A stretch of 32,000 nucleotides of DNA from the NCBI RefSeq assembly GCF_000012905.2, contig NC_007493.2, positions 930,001-962,000 of the forward strand, read 5' to 3'. The notes beneath the pieces were generated by a model, which did no database searches, was not told where the DNA came from, and saw nothing but the letters and a program-made list of their open reading frames with translations. Below, piece after piece: positions 1 through 10,343 of the stretch (positions are counted from its first letter, which is position 1; each line of letters opens with the position of its first letter). Source of the DNA: Cereibacter sphaeroides 2.4.1 (GTDB lineage: Bacteria; Pseudomonadota; Alphaproteobacteria; Rhodobacterales; Rhodobacteraceae). Made by a program: the position numbers and the translations under genes.

Positions 1-635
1 TGCTTGCCCTCGATCTCGTATTCCTTCGAATCCATGCGCAGAAGCTCGGCATCGGAGAAGGCGGAGACATCCGACTTCGCGGCGAAAAGCTCGGCCGCAA
101 AGGCCGGGATGTCGACGCCCAGATCGGCCGCCAGCTTCTCGGCCACTGCCCGGTCATGCGCCGTCGTGGTGGGCGAGCGGAACTCCAGCGTGTCGGAGAG
201 GATGCAGGAGAGCATGGCGCCCTTGATGCCGCGCGGCGCGCGGGCGAGGTCTTCTCCCATCAGGTCGTGCATGATCGTGGCGGTGCAGGCCAGCGGACGC
301 ACGGTGATCTCGATGGGGGACTTGGTCTTGATCCCGCCCACGAGCAGGTGGTGGTCGATGATGCCCACCACCTTCGCCTCGTTGATCGAGGGCGGCAGCT
401 CGGCCGGGTTGTTGGTGTCGACGATCACGCAGCTGTCGTCGGCCGTCACGTCCGAGATGATCTCGGGCTTCTCGAGATCCCAGTGCTTCAGCACGAAGGC
501 CGCTTCGGTGTTCGGCTCGCCGAGGAGGACCGCCTTGGCGGGGGTGCCCTTCACCTCGGTCAGATACCAGGCCCAGATGATGGGCGAGCCGGTCGAGTCG
601 GTGTCGGGGGACTTGTGGCCGAATACCTTGATCAT
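1..635 (-). CDS. ppaC: Family II (DHH-type, Mn-dependent) inorganic pyrophosphatase. First 211 codons only; the 3' end runs off the left edge of the window
   Basis: Absent from the ORF track because no stop lies inside the window. My own minus-strand translation from the ATG at 635..633 gives MIKVFGHKSPDTDSTGSPI...VVGIIDHHLLVGG...AMLSCILSDTLEFRSPTTT. The GHxxPDxDS, DHH and SDxLxFxSPT motifs are collinear with Bacillus PpaC. The + ORF 4..759 is its antisense shadow. Confidence 0.85.
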   Translation of the reverse strand, partial: MIKVFGHKSPDTDSTGSPIIWAWYLTEVKGTPAKAVLLGEPNTEAAFVLKHWDLEKPEIISDVTADDSCVIVDTNNPAELPPSINEAKVVGIIDHHLLVGGIKTKSPIEITVRPLACTATIMHDLMGEDLARAPRGIKGAMLSCILSDTLEFRSPTTTAHDRAVAEKLAADLGVDIPAFAAELFAAKSDVSAFSDAELLRMDSKEYEIEGK

Positions 636-666
636 GATGTTTCCCGATGCGGATGAGTTTGCCCGC

Positions 667-695
667 CTTATAGAAGCCGCGAGGCCCCTTGTCAC
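667..695 (-). promoter_or_regulatory. Candidate sigma70-type promoter of ppaC (GTGACA-N17-TATAAG)
   Basis: On the minus strand, GTGACA lies at 695..690, followed by a 17-nt spacer and TATAAG at 672..667. This is about 30 nt upstream of the ppaC ATG. Pattern match only. Confidence 0.35.
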
Positions 696-893
696 GCCCG
701 GCTCCCGCGGTTTTGCTGCGATGCAGCATGTGCTTGGCTCGGCCCCACAGCTTCCATGAGCCTCCCGCCGGGCGAACCTTTGCGCCAAAGTCATGGCGGG
801 TGTGCCGAACGGGAATTTGTGCGGCTGCCGATGGACGGGCAGGCTGCGCGTCAGCCTGCGGCCCCGGCCGCGCCCATCCGCGAGGAGGATCCG

Positions 894-1007
894 ATGCGCG
901 ACCCGCGTGCCCGCGTGCCCTACGAACTCGTTCTGGCCGAACTCAGCCGCTCGCTGAAGCCCGCCTCCGTTGTGGCGGGTCTTCTCGGAGCGCCCGAGCG
1001 CGGCTGA
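894..1007 (+). CDS. Possible 37-aa small ORF (hypothetical)
   Basis: ATG at 894 is preceded by GAGGAGG with a 5-nt spacer. Third codon positions are mostly G/C. Product is MRDPRARVPYELVLAELSRSLKPASVVAGLLGAPERG, with no recognisable family. It is the 3' part of track ORF 756..1007, whose 5' part has lower GC3 and no SD. Confidence 0.25.
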   Translation: MRDPRARVPYELVLAELSRSLKPASVVAGLLGAPERG

Positions 1008-1023
1008 CGGCGGCAGCGGGCGG

Positions 1024-2010
1024 TCAGTCGAGCGGCGTCACCGCGTATCCTGCGTCGCGCAGAAGGGCCAGAACGCCCTCCCGCCCCGGCAGATGCAGGG
1101 CGCCCACCGCAACCACCACCGGCCCCTCGGCCGCGGCCGCCTCGATCACCGGCAGCCAGTCGCGGTTGCGGCGGCTGATGAGCGTCTCTTCCATCTTCGC
1201 GAATTCGGCATCGGCCTTCTCGGGCGTGTAGCCCGGCATCCCGTGCGCCTGCAGCCGCATATATTCCCACACGGTGCGCGACTGGCCCGCGAAGTAGCGG
1301 TCGGCCAGCGTCACGGCCAGATCCTCCACCCGGTCCTCGAGCGGCAGCGCTGTGCGGACCATGGCGAGCTGCTCTTCGGGGGTGAGCTCGGCGAAGAGCT
1401 GGAACACCGTGTTCCAGGGCTCGAGCGAGCGCACGGGCACCCCGGCCGTCTCGGCCGCCCGCATGGCGAGCTTGTCGAGCCCGTTCGGGTTCTGCGTCGC
1501 CTCCACGGCGCAGGGGGGCAGGGCGAGGGTCATCGACACGTACCAGGGCTCGAACTTCGAGGCGAGGACAGGCGGAATGCCCCGCGCGCGCAGCGCATCC
1601 GACAGGGTGTGCCATTCCTCCTCGCTCAGCACCTCAGGCAGGGTCGGCCCGTCCGAGAGCAGCATCGAGGGATCCTTCGCCATCGCCTCCTTGAGCCGCG
1701 CCTCCTCCTCGGGGCCTGCTTCCACGAGCAGCGCGGTGGCCTGCTCGATCCGCGGCCGGAGCCGGTCGAGCAGGGCCGCCTGTCGCGGGTCTCCCAGATG
1801 ATAGGTTCCGGCCACCGTCACCTCGCGTCCCTCGCGCGTTGCCTGCCAGAAGTTGCCTTCGGAGAAGGGCTGTCCTGCGGCCACGGCCTCCAGTTCCGCT
1901 CGGTCGGGCTGGGGAAGGGCCGCGATGAGGTCCGTGCCGGTGCAGGCGGCGTGGGCCAGCGGCGCGGAGGCGAGGAAGAAGGCACAGATGATCGAGGTGA
2001 GGCGGGTCAT
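1024..2010 (-). CDS. TraB/GumN family protein with N-terminal signal peptide
   Basis: Track ORF 1024..2079, trimmed to the internal ATG at 2010 (MTRLTSIICAFFLASAPLAHA, signal-like). It has the GTYHLGD motif and a C-terminal VGALHLPGREGVLALLRDAGYAV typical of the GumN/TraB family. Confidence 0.8.
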   Translation of the reverse strand: MTRLTSIICAFFLASAPLAHAACTGTDLIAALPQPDRAELEAVAAGQPFSEGNFWQATREGREVTVAGTYHLGDPRQAALLDRLRPRIEQATALLVEAGPEEEARLKEAMAKDPSMLLSDGPTLPEVLSEEEWHTLSDALRARGIPPVLASKFEPWYVSMTLALPPCAVEATQNPNGLDKLAMRAAETAGVPVRSLEPWNTVFQLFAELTPEEQLAMVRTALPLEDRVEDLAVTLADRYFAGQSRTVWEYMRLQAHGMPGYTPEKADAEFAKMEETLISRRNRDWLPVIEAAAAEGPVVVAVGALHLPGREGVLALLRDAGYAVTPLD

Positions 2011-2095
2011 GCTCAGGTCCTTGCGACGGCAGGCAGAAGGTGGCACGCCACGCCTCCCGCGCCAAGGCGGAGCGTGCATTTTGATGCATCCCCCC

Positions 2096-2124
2096 GTTGA
2101 CAGGTGCCGGACGCTCTCATATCT
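2096..2124 (+). promoter_or_regulatory. Candidate groESL promoter (TTGACA-N17-TATCTC)
   Basis: TTGACA at 2096..2101, a 17-nt spacer, then TATCTC at 2119..2124, immediately upstream of the CIRCE operator. Confidence 0.5.
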
Positions 2125-2133
2125 CTCGCGTCG

Positions 2134-2160
2134 TTGGCACTCGCCTCGGGTGAGTGCTAA
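2134..2160. promoter_or_regulatory. CIRCE inverted repeat (HrcA operator) of the groESL operon
   Basis: TTGGCACTC-N9-GAGTGCTAA compared with the consensus TTAGCACTC-N9-GAGTGCTAA (one mismatch). It ends 36 nt upstream of the groES ATG. Confidence 0.9.
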
Positions 2161-2195
2161 TCACATTCAACCTGGAACCTAGGGAGTGTTCTCAG

Positions 2196-2483
2196 ATGGC
2201 TTTCAAACCGCTGCATGACCGTGTGCTGGTCCGCCGCGTCCAGAGCGACGAAAAGACCAAGGGCGGTCTGATCATCCCCGATACCGCCAAGGAAAAACCG
2301 GCTGAAGGCGAAGTCGTGTCCTGCGGCGAAGGCGCCCGCAAGGATTCGGGCGAGCTCATCGCCATGTCGGTGAAGGCGGGCGACCGCGTGCTGTTCGGCA
2401 AATGGTCGGGCACCGAAGTCACCATCGACGGTGCCGAGCTGCTCATCATGAAGGAAAGCGACATCCTGGGGATCCTCAGCTGA
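2196..2483 (+). CDS. groES: Co-chaperonin GroES (Cpn10), 95 aa
   Basis: Internal ATG at 2196 of track ORF 2154..2483. [14 protein letters not shown]...[13 protein letters not shown]...[14 protein letters not shown] is canonical GroES. Confidence 0.97.
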   Translation: MAFKPLHDRVLVRRVQSDEKTKGGLIIPDTAKEKPAEGEVVSCGEGARKDSGELIAMSVKAGDRVLFGKWSGTEVTIDGAELLIMKESDILGILS

Positions 2484-2494
2484 TCCCGAGCTGA

Positions 2495-4222
<1,728 letters not shown>

Positions 4223-4249
4223 TCCATCCACCGCATGTCGGTCGGATCG

Positions 4250-4276
4250 AAAGGGGGCCTCCGGGCCCCCTTTCTC
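4250..4276 (+). terminator. Rho-independent terminator of groESL
   Basis: Perfect 10-bp stem AAAGGGGGCC / GGCCCCCTTT with loop TCCG, followed by a short T-containing tail (TTTCTC). It begins 28 nt after the groEL stop. Confidence 0.8.
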
Positions 4277-4429
4277 ATGCGCATCCGCCGGTCAGACCGA
4301 GGGACGCCTGCACAGGAACGGGGCGCGGATCAGGCCGAGGGACGCATCCGCCGGAACGGGTCGAGGATCACGCCGAGCTCGGTCATGCGTTGCCCTTCCG
4401 GTCAGGGGGCGGGGTGACGCTCCTCCGTG

Positions 4430-4450
4430 CCATTCGCGCTTCGCGAATGG
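4430..4450 (-). terminator. Hairpin downstream of the SH3-like gene (possible terminator)
   Basis: CCATTCGCG-CTT-CGCGAATGG, a 9-bp perfect stem about 40 nt beyond the stop at 4491. No U-tract. Confidence 0.35.
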
Positions 4451-4490
4451 CGGGCCGCCGGGCGTCAGGCTGCAATGGGCAGGGAAGGGG

Positions 4491-5066
4491 CTATTGCAGG
4501 ATCTCGTCGGGATCCACGCCCCAGAGGGCGGTCTTGATGACCCAGCCGCGGTTGCCGTCGGCACTCACCCGGCACCAGTCGCGCATGCACTCGAGAAGCC
4601 GCACCACGACCCCCCGCTGGGCATGGACGGTGACGGTCGAGCCGCTGGCCGGGTCCTCGTGCAGGTCCGCCATCTCGGCCACCACCATTGCGGTCCGCGC
4701 CCCCGACAGCAGCGCATAATGCACCCAGCCGCCGGCGCCCTCGAAATCCTCCACCCGCCGCCAGTGCTCGTATTCCGCCGTCACGCGGAGCGGCATGCCC
4801 GCTCGGGTGAACACCCAGTCGATCCGGTGCGTGAGGCCGGGGCCGCGGCGGGCGTTGCCCTCGGAGGTCTTGAGCGAGACATAGCGCGGCAGCGGCAGGT
4901 TCGTGACCTGCCCCACGCCCGGATCGGGGGCCGGCGCCGCCTCGGCGGCGATCGCGGCGAGGTCGTCGGCCGGCTCCTCGGCGTCCTGCGCCCGGGCCTG
5001 TCCCGCTGCCCCCACCGAAACTGCCAGCGCCAGCGCCGCCGCGAGCGTCGTGATCCTGCGTCCCAT
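4491..5066 (-). CDS. Secreted SH3-like (bacterial SH3 / DUF1058-type) domain protein, 191 aa
   Basis: Track ORF 4491..5390 trimmed to the ATG at 5066 (MGRRITTLAAALALAVSVGAAGQARA, signal peptide). LPRYVSLKTSEGNARRGPG...IDWVF...WRRVEDFEGAGGWVHYALLSG matches the alphaproteobacterial SH3-like family as I recall it. Confidence 0.7.
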   Translation of the reverse strand: MGRRITTLAAALALAVSVGAAGQARAQDAEEPADDLAAIAAEAAPAPDPGVGQVTNLPLPRYVSLKTSEGNARRGPGLTHRIDWVFTRAGMPLRVTAEYEHWRRVEDFEGAGGWVHYALLSGARTAMVVAEMADLHEDPASGSTVTVHAQRGVVVRLLECMRDWCRVSADGNRGWVIKTALWGVDPDEILQ

Positions 5067-5199
5067 CGCTCTTTTCCGCCTTTCGCGCGCACATGCCTTC
5101 ATGCCGCGCCGTCCTGCCTCTGCCGGGGCTTGTGCCGCGCCCCGCTTGGCGGCACCTTGCCACCACATGTCCGGATTTGGAAGTGCAGGGAGAGAGAGA

Positions 5200-6186
5200 A
5201 TGCCCGGGGAACGCCTCACTGTTGTCGTCACGCGACGCCTGCCGGACGTGGTCGAGGCCCGCATGAAGGAGCTGTTCCGGGTCGAGCTCCGCGACCCCGA
5301 TACCCAGATGTCGCGCGAGGATCTGATCGAGGCGATGGGGCGTGCGGACGTGCTGGTGCCGTGCCTGACCGACGACATCGACGCCAACATGCTGGCACAG
5401 GCCGGGCCCAGGCTGAAGCTGATCGCGAACTACGGCGCGGGCGTGGATCACATCGACGTGGCCTCGGCGCGCCAGCGCGGCATCCTCGTGTCGAACACCC
5501 CCGATGTCGTGACCGAGGACACGGCGGACATGGCCCTCGCCCTGATCCTTGCGGTCACCCGCCGCATTCCGGAGGGCTTGACCGAGATGCAATCGGGCGA
5601 CTGGCCCGGCTGGTCGCCGATGGCGCATCTGGGCGGGCGGCTCCGCGGCCGGCGGCTCGGCATTCTCGGAATGGGCCGGATCGGGCAGGCGGTCGCGCGG
5701 CGCGCCCACGCCTTCGGGATGCAGATCCACTACCACAACCGCAAGCGCCTGCGCCCCGAGATCGAGGCCGAGGTCGGCGCGACCTTCTGGGAGAGCCTCG
5801 ATCAGATGGTGACGCGCATGGACATCATCTCGGTCAATTGCCCGCACACGCCCTCGACCTTCCACCTGCTGAACGCGCGGCGGCTGAAGCTGCTGAAGCC
5901 CACGGCGGTGATCGTGAACACCTCGCGCGGCGAGGTGATCGACGAGAATGCCCTGACGCGCGGGCTGCGCGCGGGCGAGATCGCGGGCGCGGGTCTCGAC
6001 GTGTTCGAGCACGGCCACGAGATCAATCCCCGCCTGCGCGAGCTGCCGAACGTCGTCCTCCTGCCGCACATGGGCTCGGCCACGCTCGAGGGCCGCATCG
6101 AGATGGGCGAGAAGGTCATCCTGAACATCAAGACCTTCGCCGACGGCCACCGCCCGCCGGATCAGGTGCTGCCCTCGATGCTCTGA
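5200..6186 (+). CDS. D-isomer-specific 2-hydroxyacid dehydrogenase (glyoxylate/hydroxypyruvate reductase-like), 328 aa
   Basis: Internal ATG at 5200, with a GGGAGAGAGAGA purine tract upstream. It has the NAD-binding motif GILGMGRIGQAVARRA, TSRG and LLPHMGSAT (catalytic Arg/His context). Confidence 0.9.
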   Translation: MPGERLTVVVTRRLPDVVEARMKELFRVELRDPDTQMSREDLIEAMGRADVLVPCLTDDIDANMLAQAGPRLKLIANYGAGVDHIDVASARQRGILVSNTPDVVTEDTADMALALILAVTRRIPEGLTEMQSGDWPGWSPMAHLGGRLRGRRLGILGMGRIGQAVARRAHAFGMQIHYHNRKRLRPEIEAEVGATFWESLDQMVTRMDIISVNCPHTPSTFHLLNARRLKLLKPTAVIVNTSRGEVIDENALTRGLRAGEIAGAGLDVFEHGHEINPRLRELPNVVLLPHMGSATLEGRIEMGEKVILNIKTFADGHRPPDQVLPSML

Positions 6187-6513
6187 CAGGCGCTCGCCGG
6201 GGAACGGCAGGGCTCGCCTGCGGGGATGAGGTGCGGGCCTCGGGGCGCTGACGGCATCGCCGGCCGGGCCCCTGCGACCCTGCCCGGACTGTGGCCGGCA
6301 TGAGGGTCGCCTTCTCTCCCGGAGCAGTTGTCCGACGGATCGGCGAGAGGGCCGTCCTTCCGCGGGTGCGCCGCCGCGGTCCGATCTCGTCCGCTGTGCT
6401 CGGGCCGCACCTGTCTCACCGTGGCGCATGCGGGCCGACCTCCGCACCGCTCGCCCTTGACGTGCGGCGCGCCCGGCCCATCCTCCTTCCACCGACAGAC
6501 CAAGGAGACTGCC

Positions 6514-7332
6514 ATGACCGCCACGCTCGAGTTCCATGACGGGAGCCGGATCCCGCAACTCGGCTTCGGCCTCTGGCAGGTGCCGGAGGATCGGACGGCC
6601 GAGGTGGTGCGCGAGGCGCTGGAGCTGGGCTACCGGCTGGCCGACGGCGCCGCGATCTACGGCAACGAGGAGGGTCTGGGCCACGGCCTCAGGACCTCGG
6701 GCCTGCCCCGCGACAAGGTCTTCGTCACCACGAAGGTCTGGAACGATGCGCAGGGCTTCGAGTCCGCCCTGCGGGCGGTGGAGGAGAGCCTCAAGCGGCT
6801 TGGGCTCGACCGGCTCGACCTCTGCCTGATCCACTGGCCCGCGCCGAAGCGGAACCTCTATGTCGAGACATGGCGCGCGCTCATCCGGCTGCGCGACGAG
6901 GGACGGATCACCTCGATCGGTGTCTCGAACTTCGATCTGGACCAGATCGACCGGCTGACCGCCGAGACCGGCGTGACGCCGGTGCTGAACCAGATCGAGC
7001 TGCATCCGATGCTGCAGCAGGCCGAGCTGCGCGCGGGCCATGCCGAGCGCGGCATCGTCACCCAGAGCTGGAGCCCGCTCGGCCGCGGCATGGCCTTCGA
7101 GACGCCGGCCATCCGCGAGATCGCCGAGCGGACGGGCCGCAGCCCGGCGCAGGTGGTATTGCGCTGGCACATCGAGCTCGGCTGCGCGGTGATCCCGCGC
7201 TCGACCCGGCGCGCGGGGCTGGCCGAGAACCTCGCCCTCTTCGATTTCGAACTGACCGAGGCCGATCACGCGGCGATCTCCGCCCTCGATGCGGGCACGC
7301 GCACCGGTCCCGATCCGCAGAGCTTCGGCTGA
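6514..7332 (+). CDS. Aldo/keto reductase (2,5-diketo-D-gluconate reductase-like), 272 aa
   Basis: ATG at 6514 with AAGGAG SD. The AKR tetrad context is present: DGAAIYGNE (Asp/Tyr), TTKVWN (Lys), LIHWP (His). Confidence 0.9.
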   Translation: MTATLEFHDGSRIPQLGFGLWQVPEDRTAEVVREALELGYRLADGAAIYGNEEGLGHGLRTSGLPRDKVFVTTKVWNDAQGFESALRAVEESLKRLGLDRLDLCLIHWPAPKRNLYVETWRALIRLRDEGRITSIGVSNFDLDQIDRLTAETGVTPVLNQIELHPMLQQAELRAGHAERGIVTQSWSPLGRGMAFETPAIREIAERTGRSPAQVVLRWHIELGCAVIPRSTRRAGLAENLALFDFELTEADHAAISALDAGTRTGPDPQSFG

Positions 7333-7422
7333 TCGCCCGGCAGAGGAGCTGGAAGGATCCGCCGAAGTTGGCTGGCTGACGGCCGGACCCCGGCCGCCGG
7401 CGTCCGTTCCGGAGGACCCTCC

Positions 7423-7728
7423 ATGCCGCATCCGCTCCGATCCGCCGCCTTCCTGACCTGCCTCGTCCTGCCCGAGGGCGCGTTCGCCCACAACTGGTAT
7501 CCCTTCACCTGCTGCTCGGACCGCGACTGCCACCCGATCGCCGAGACCGAAGTAACGGCGGGGCCGAAAGGCTGGGTGATCCGGCGCACCGGCGAGATCA
7601 TCGGCTATGACGACGAGCGGCTGCGGCAGACGCCGAAACAGGCGGGCAACAGCTTCCATCTCTGCACGACCGACGGAAAGCCGGACGGCAAGACGATCTG
7701 CCTCTTCGTGCCGCAGTTCGGGAGCTGA
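7423..7728 (+). CDS. Small secreted Cys-rich hypothetical protein, 101 aa
   Basis: GGAGGA lies 6 nt upstream of the ATG. Signal peptide ends ...PEGAFA / HNWYPFTCCSDRDCHP. The mature part has five Cys, and GC3 is high. Confidence 0.65.
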   Translation: MPHPLRSAAFLTCLVLPEGAFAHNWYPFTCCSDRDCHPIAETEVTAGPKGWVIRRTGEIIGYDDERLRQTPKQAGNSFHLCTTDGKPDGKTICLFVPQFGS

Positions 7729-7909
7729 GACCAAGGGGGCGGCGCGCGCCCGTCCCTGGCCGCAAGCGCCATCGGCCGCTTTGCCCGCTTCGCGACCCTC
7801 AGGGGCCGCGCCTTCCCGCTGCCGAACAGGGCCTGTCCCTCGCCGCGAGCACCGCTGGACCGTTCGCCGCGAAGGAGGAAGGCCCCGCTCCGCGCCCGTC
7901 GCCGCGGCT

Positions 7910-9151
7910 TCAGAACCGCGTCGGCAGATAGGGCGCGATGTCGAGCTCCGGTGTCTTCGCATCGAGCAGGTCGGCCACGATCCGTGCCGTGATCGGGGCG
8001 AGGGTGAGGCCGATATGGCCGTGCCCGTAGGCATGCAGGATCTCGGGGCCGGCCGCCGAGGGGCCGATCACCGGCAGGCTGTCGGGCATCGAGGGCCGGA
8101 AACCCATCCAGCTGCGCGTGGGCTCGGGCAGGTGGGGGAAGATCGCGCGGGCGCCGGCCACCAGCCGCGCGATCCGGTGCGGCGAGGGCCGGGCGGTAAG
8201 GCCACCCAGCTCGACCGTGCCCGCGACGCGCAGCCGCCCGGCCATCGGGCAGAGATAGAAGCCGCGCGCGGTGGGGCAGGTGGGCCGCGTGAGCGGCGGT
8301 TGCGCCATGTCCCACTCGACATGGTAGCCGCGTTCGGTGTCGAGCGGGACCCGGTCTCCGGCGCACAGCGCGAGCGCCCGGGAATGCGCGCCCGCCGCGA
8401 TCACTGCGCGCCGTCCATGGATCTGGAGGGCGCGGCCCGAAACGATCACCCCGTCGACCCGGCGCTCGAGACCGGTGGCGCGCGCCTTCACGATCTGCAC
8501 CCCCGCCTTGCGCGCCGCCTCGGCGATCAGCGCCACCATCCGGCCCGGATCCGACAGGAAGATGGCTTTCGGGAAATAGGCCGCGCCCGCCATCGGCGGC
8601 AGCGAGGGCTCCATCGCGGCGAACTCGGCCGCGGAGAGCAGCTCGACTGTCACGCCCAGCGTGCGGCGGAACGTCATGTCGGTCTCGGCGGCGCGGGCGG
8701 CCTGCGGGGTCTCGTAGGCATAGAGGCAGCCGCGCCGGTTCAGAAGCGCCGTGCCCTCCACCTCGACCGCCAGATCTTCCCAGCTTCGCGTGGCCGAGCC
8801 CAGAAGCGCCGCGATGGCCTGCGCATTGCGGCGCGCCGGTGCGGGCAGCGACTGGCGCAGGAAGCGCGCGAGCCACGGCGCGAGCGACGGCAGCGCCATG
8901 TGCCGGATCGCCAGCGGTGAGTTCCGGTCGAACATCAGCGAGGGCAGTTGCCGCAGCACGTCGGGCGTGCCCACGGGCAGCACCGCATAATCGGCGATGG
9001 TGCCCGCATTGCCGTAGGAGGCGCCCGACCCCGGCTCTTCGGGGTCGAGCAGGATGACCGAGCGGTGACGTCGCGCGACAGTCAGCGCGATGGTCAGACC
9101 CACCACGCCTCCGCCGATGACAACCGTGTCCGAGGAAAGATGCTGGATCAT
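7910..9151 (-). CDS. FAD-dependent oxidoreductase (DAO family; DadA/PuuB-like), 413 aa
   Basis: N-terminal Rossmann motif DTVVIGGGVVGLT, ASYGNAGTI as in DadA-type enzymes, and C-terminal GHGHIGLTLAP. Confidence 0.85.
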   Translation of the reverse strand: MIQHLSSDTVVIGGGVVGLTIALTVARRHRSVILLDPEEPGSGASYGNAGTIADYAVLPVGTPDVLRQLPSLMFDRNSPLAIRHMALPSLAPWLARFLRQSLPAPARRNAQAIAALLGSATRSWEDLAVEVEGTALLNRRGCLYAYETPQAARAAETDMTFRRTLGVTVELLSAAEFAAMEPSLPPMAGAAYFPKAIFLSDPGRMVALIAEAARKAGVQIVKARATGLERRVDGVIVSGRALQIHGRRAVIAAGAHSRALALCAGDRVPLDTERGYHVEWDMAQPPLTRPTCPTARGFYLCPMAGRLRVAGTVELGGLTARPSPHRIARLVAGARAIFPHLPEPTRSWMGFRPSMPDSLPVIGPSAAGPEILHAYGHGHIGLTLAPITARIVADLLDAKTPELDIAPYLPTRF

Positions 9152-9197
9152 CGCTTTGGTCCGCGGGAAGCCCGAAGATCGGGCCGCCCGCCGCGTC

Positions 9198-10343
9198 TCA
9201 GAGGCAGGCCTCGAAGAGCGCGCGGGTGTTCTCGCGCGTCATCTCGACCGGGTTGCCGCCGCAGGACGGATCTTCCAGCGCCATCTCGGTCAGCTCGTCG
9301 AGCCGCGAGGCCTCGACGCCCATGGCCGAGAGGGTCTCGGGGATCGCAAGCTCGGCCCGGAGCGCCATGATCTTCGCCCGGAAGCCGTCGAAGCCGCCCT
9401 CGATTCCAAGATAGGCTGCCGCCCGTTCGATCTTCTCCTCGATGGCGGGCCGGTTGAAGTCGAGCACCATGGGCATGACCACGGCGTTCGTCGTGCCGTG
9501 GTGGGTGTTGTAGACCGCGCCCACCGGATGGCTCAGCGAATGGATGGCGCCGAGGCCCTTCTGGAAGGCCACCGCCCCCATCGCGGCCGCGCTCATCATG
9601 TGGGCGCGCGCTTCGAGGTCGCCCGGCGTGGCATAGACCTTCGGCAGGTTCTCGAACACAAGCCGCATCCCTTCCAGCGCGATGCCCTGGCTCATCGGAT
9701 GGTAGAAGGGCGAGCAATAGGCCTCGAGACAGTGGGCCAGCGCATCCATGCCGGTGCCCGCGGTGATGAATTTCGGCATCCCCACCGTCAGCTCGGGGTC
9801 GCAGATCGTGACCGCGGGCAGAAGTTTCGGATGGAAGATGATCTTCTTCTTGTGCGTCTCGGAGTTGGTCAGCACACCCGCTCGGCCCACTTCCGAGCCG
9901 GTGCCGGCCGTGGTCGGCACCGCGAGGATCGGCGCGATCTTCGCGGCGTCGGCCCGGGTCCACCAGTCGCCGATATCCTCGAGATCCCAGACCGAGACGG
10001 TCTGATCGTGCATCAGCGCGATCATCTTGCCGAGGTCCAGCGCCGAGCCGCCGCCGAAGCAGATCACCCCGTCATGGCCGCCCGCCTTGTAGACCGCGAT
10101 GCCCGCTTCCATGTTCTTCTCGTTCGGGTTCGGATCGACGTCGGAGAAGCAGGCGCGCCCGAGACCCGCCGCCTCCAGCTGGTCGAGCGCCGCCGCCGTG
10201 ATCGGCAGCGCGGCCAGAGCCTTGTCCGTCACGAGGAGCGGCTTCTTCAGCCCGACAGCCTTGCACTGCTCGGCCAGTTCCGCGATGCGGCCCGCGCCGA
10301 ACTTCACGGCAGTCGGATAGGACCAGTTCGCCCGGAGGGTCAT
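9198..10343 (-). CDS. Iron-containing (group III) alcohol dehydrogenase, 381 aa
   Basis: FGGGSALDLGK, DALAHCLEAY and HSLSHPVGAVYNTHHG metal/NAD motifs. The ATG overlaps the upstream ALDH stop (ATGA). Confidence 0.9.
   Translation of the reverse strand: MTLRANWSYPTAVKFGAGRIAELAEQCKAVGLKKPLLVTDKALAALPITAAALDQLEAAGLGRACFSDVDPNPNEKNMEAGIAVYKAGGHDGVICFGGGSALDLGKMIALMHDQTVSVWDLEDIGDWWTRADAAKIAPILAVPTTAGTGSEVGRAGVLTNSETHKKKIIFHPKLLPAVTICDPELTVGMPKFITAGTGMDALAHCLEAYCSPFYHPMSQGIALEGMRLVFENLPKVYATPGDLEARAHMMSAAAMGAVAFQKGLGAIHSLSHPVGAVYNTHHGTTNAVVMPMVLDFNRPAIEEKIERAAAYLGIEGGFDGFRAKIMALRAELAIPETLSAMGVEASRLDELTEMALEDPSCGGNPVEMTRENTRALFEACL

Noticed and set aside
4-759. 251-aa + strand ORF (and 154..729 -, 156..656 +) at the left edge
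   Set aside because: These are antisense or off-frame shadows of the real minus-strand ppaC gene (1..635). Their products are Ser/Ala/Arg-rich with no family resemblance, whereas the ppaC frame gives textbook DHH pyrophosphatase motifs.
6187-6513. 327-bp gap upstream of the aldo/keto reductase (possible promoter TTGACG..., small ORF 6291..6539)
   Set aside because: The TTGACG at about 6458 has no acceptable -10 at 16-18 nt. The 82-aa ORF is Arg/Pro-rich and runs into the AKR gene out of frame. Nothing here is specific enough to report.
4465-8034. 1189-aa minus-strand ORF spanning five annotated genes
   Set aside because: It crosses genes on both strands and their intergenic regions. The product is Arg/Gly/Ala/Pro-rich low-complexity sequence with no domain-like segments. 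It is a GC-driven open frame.
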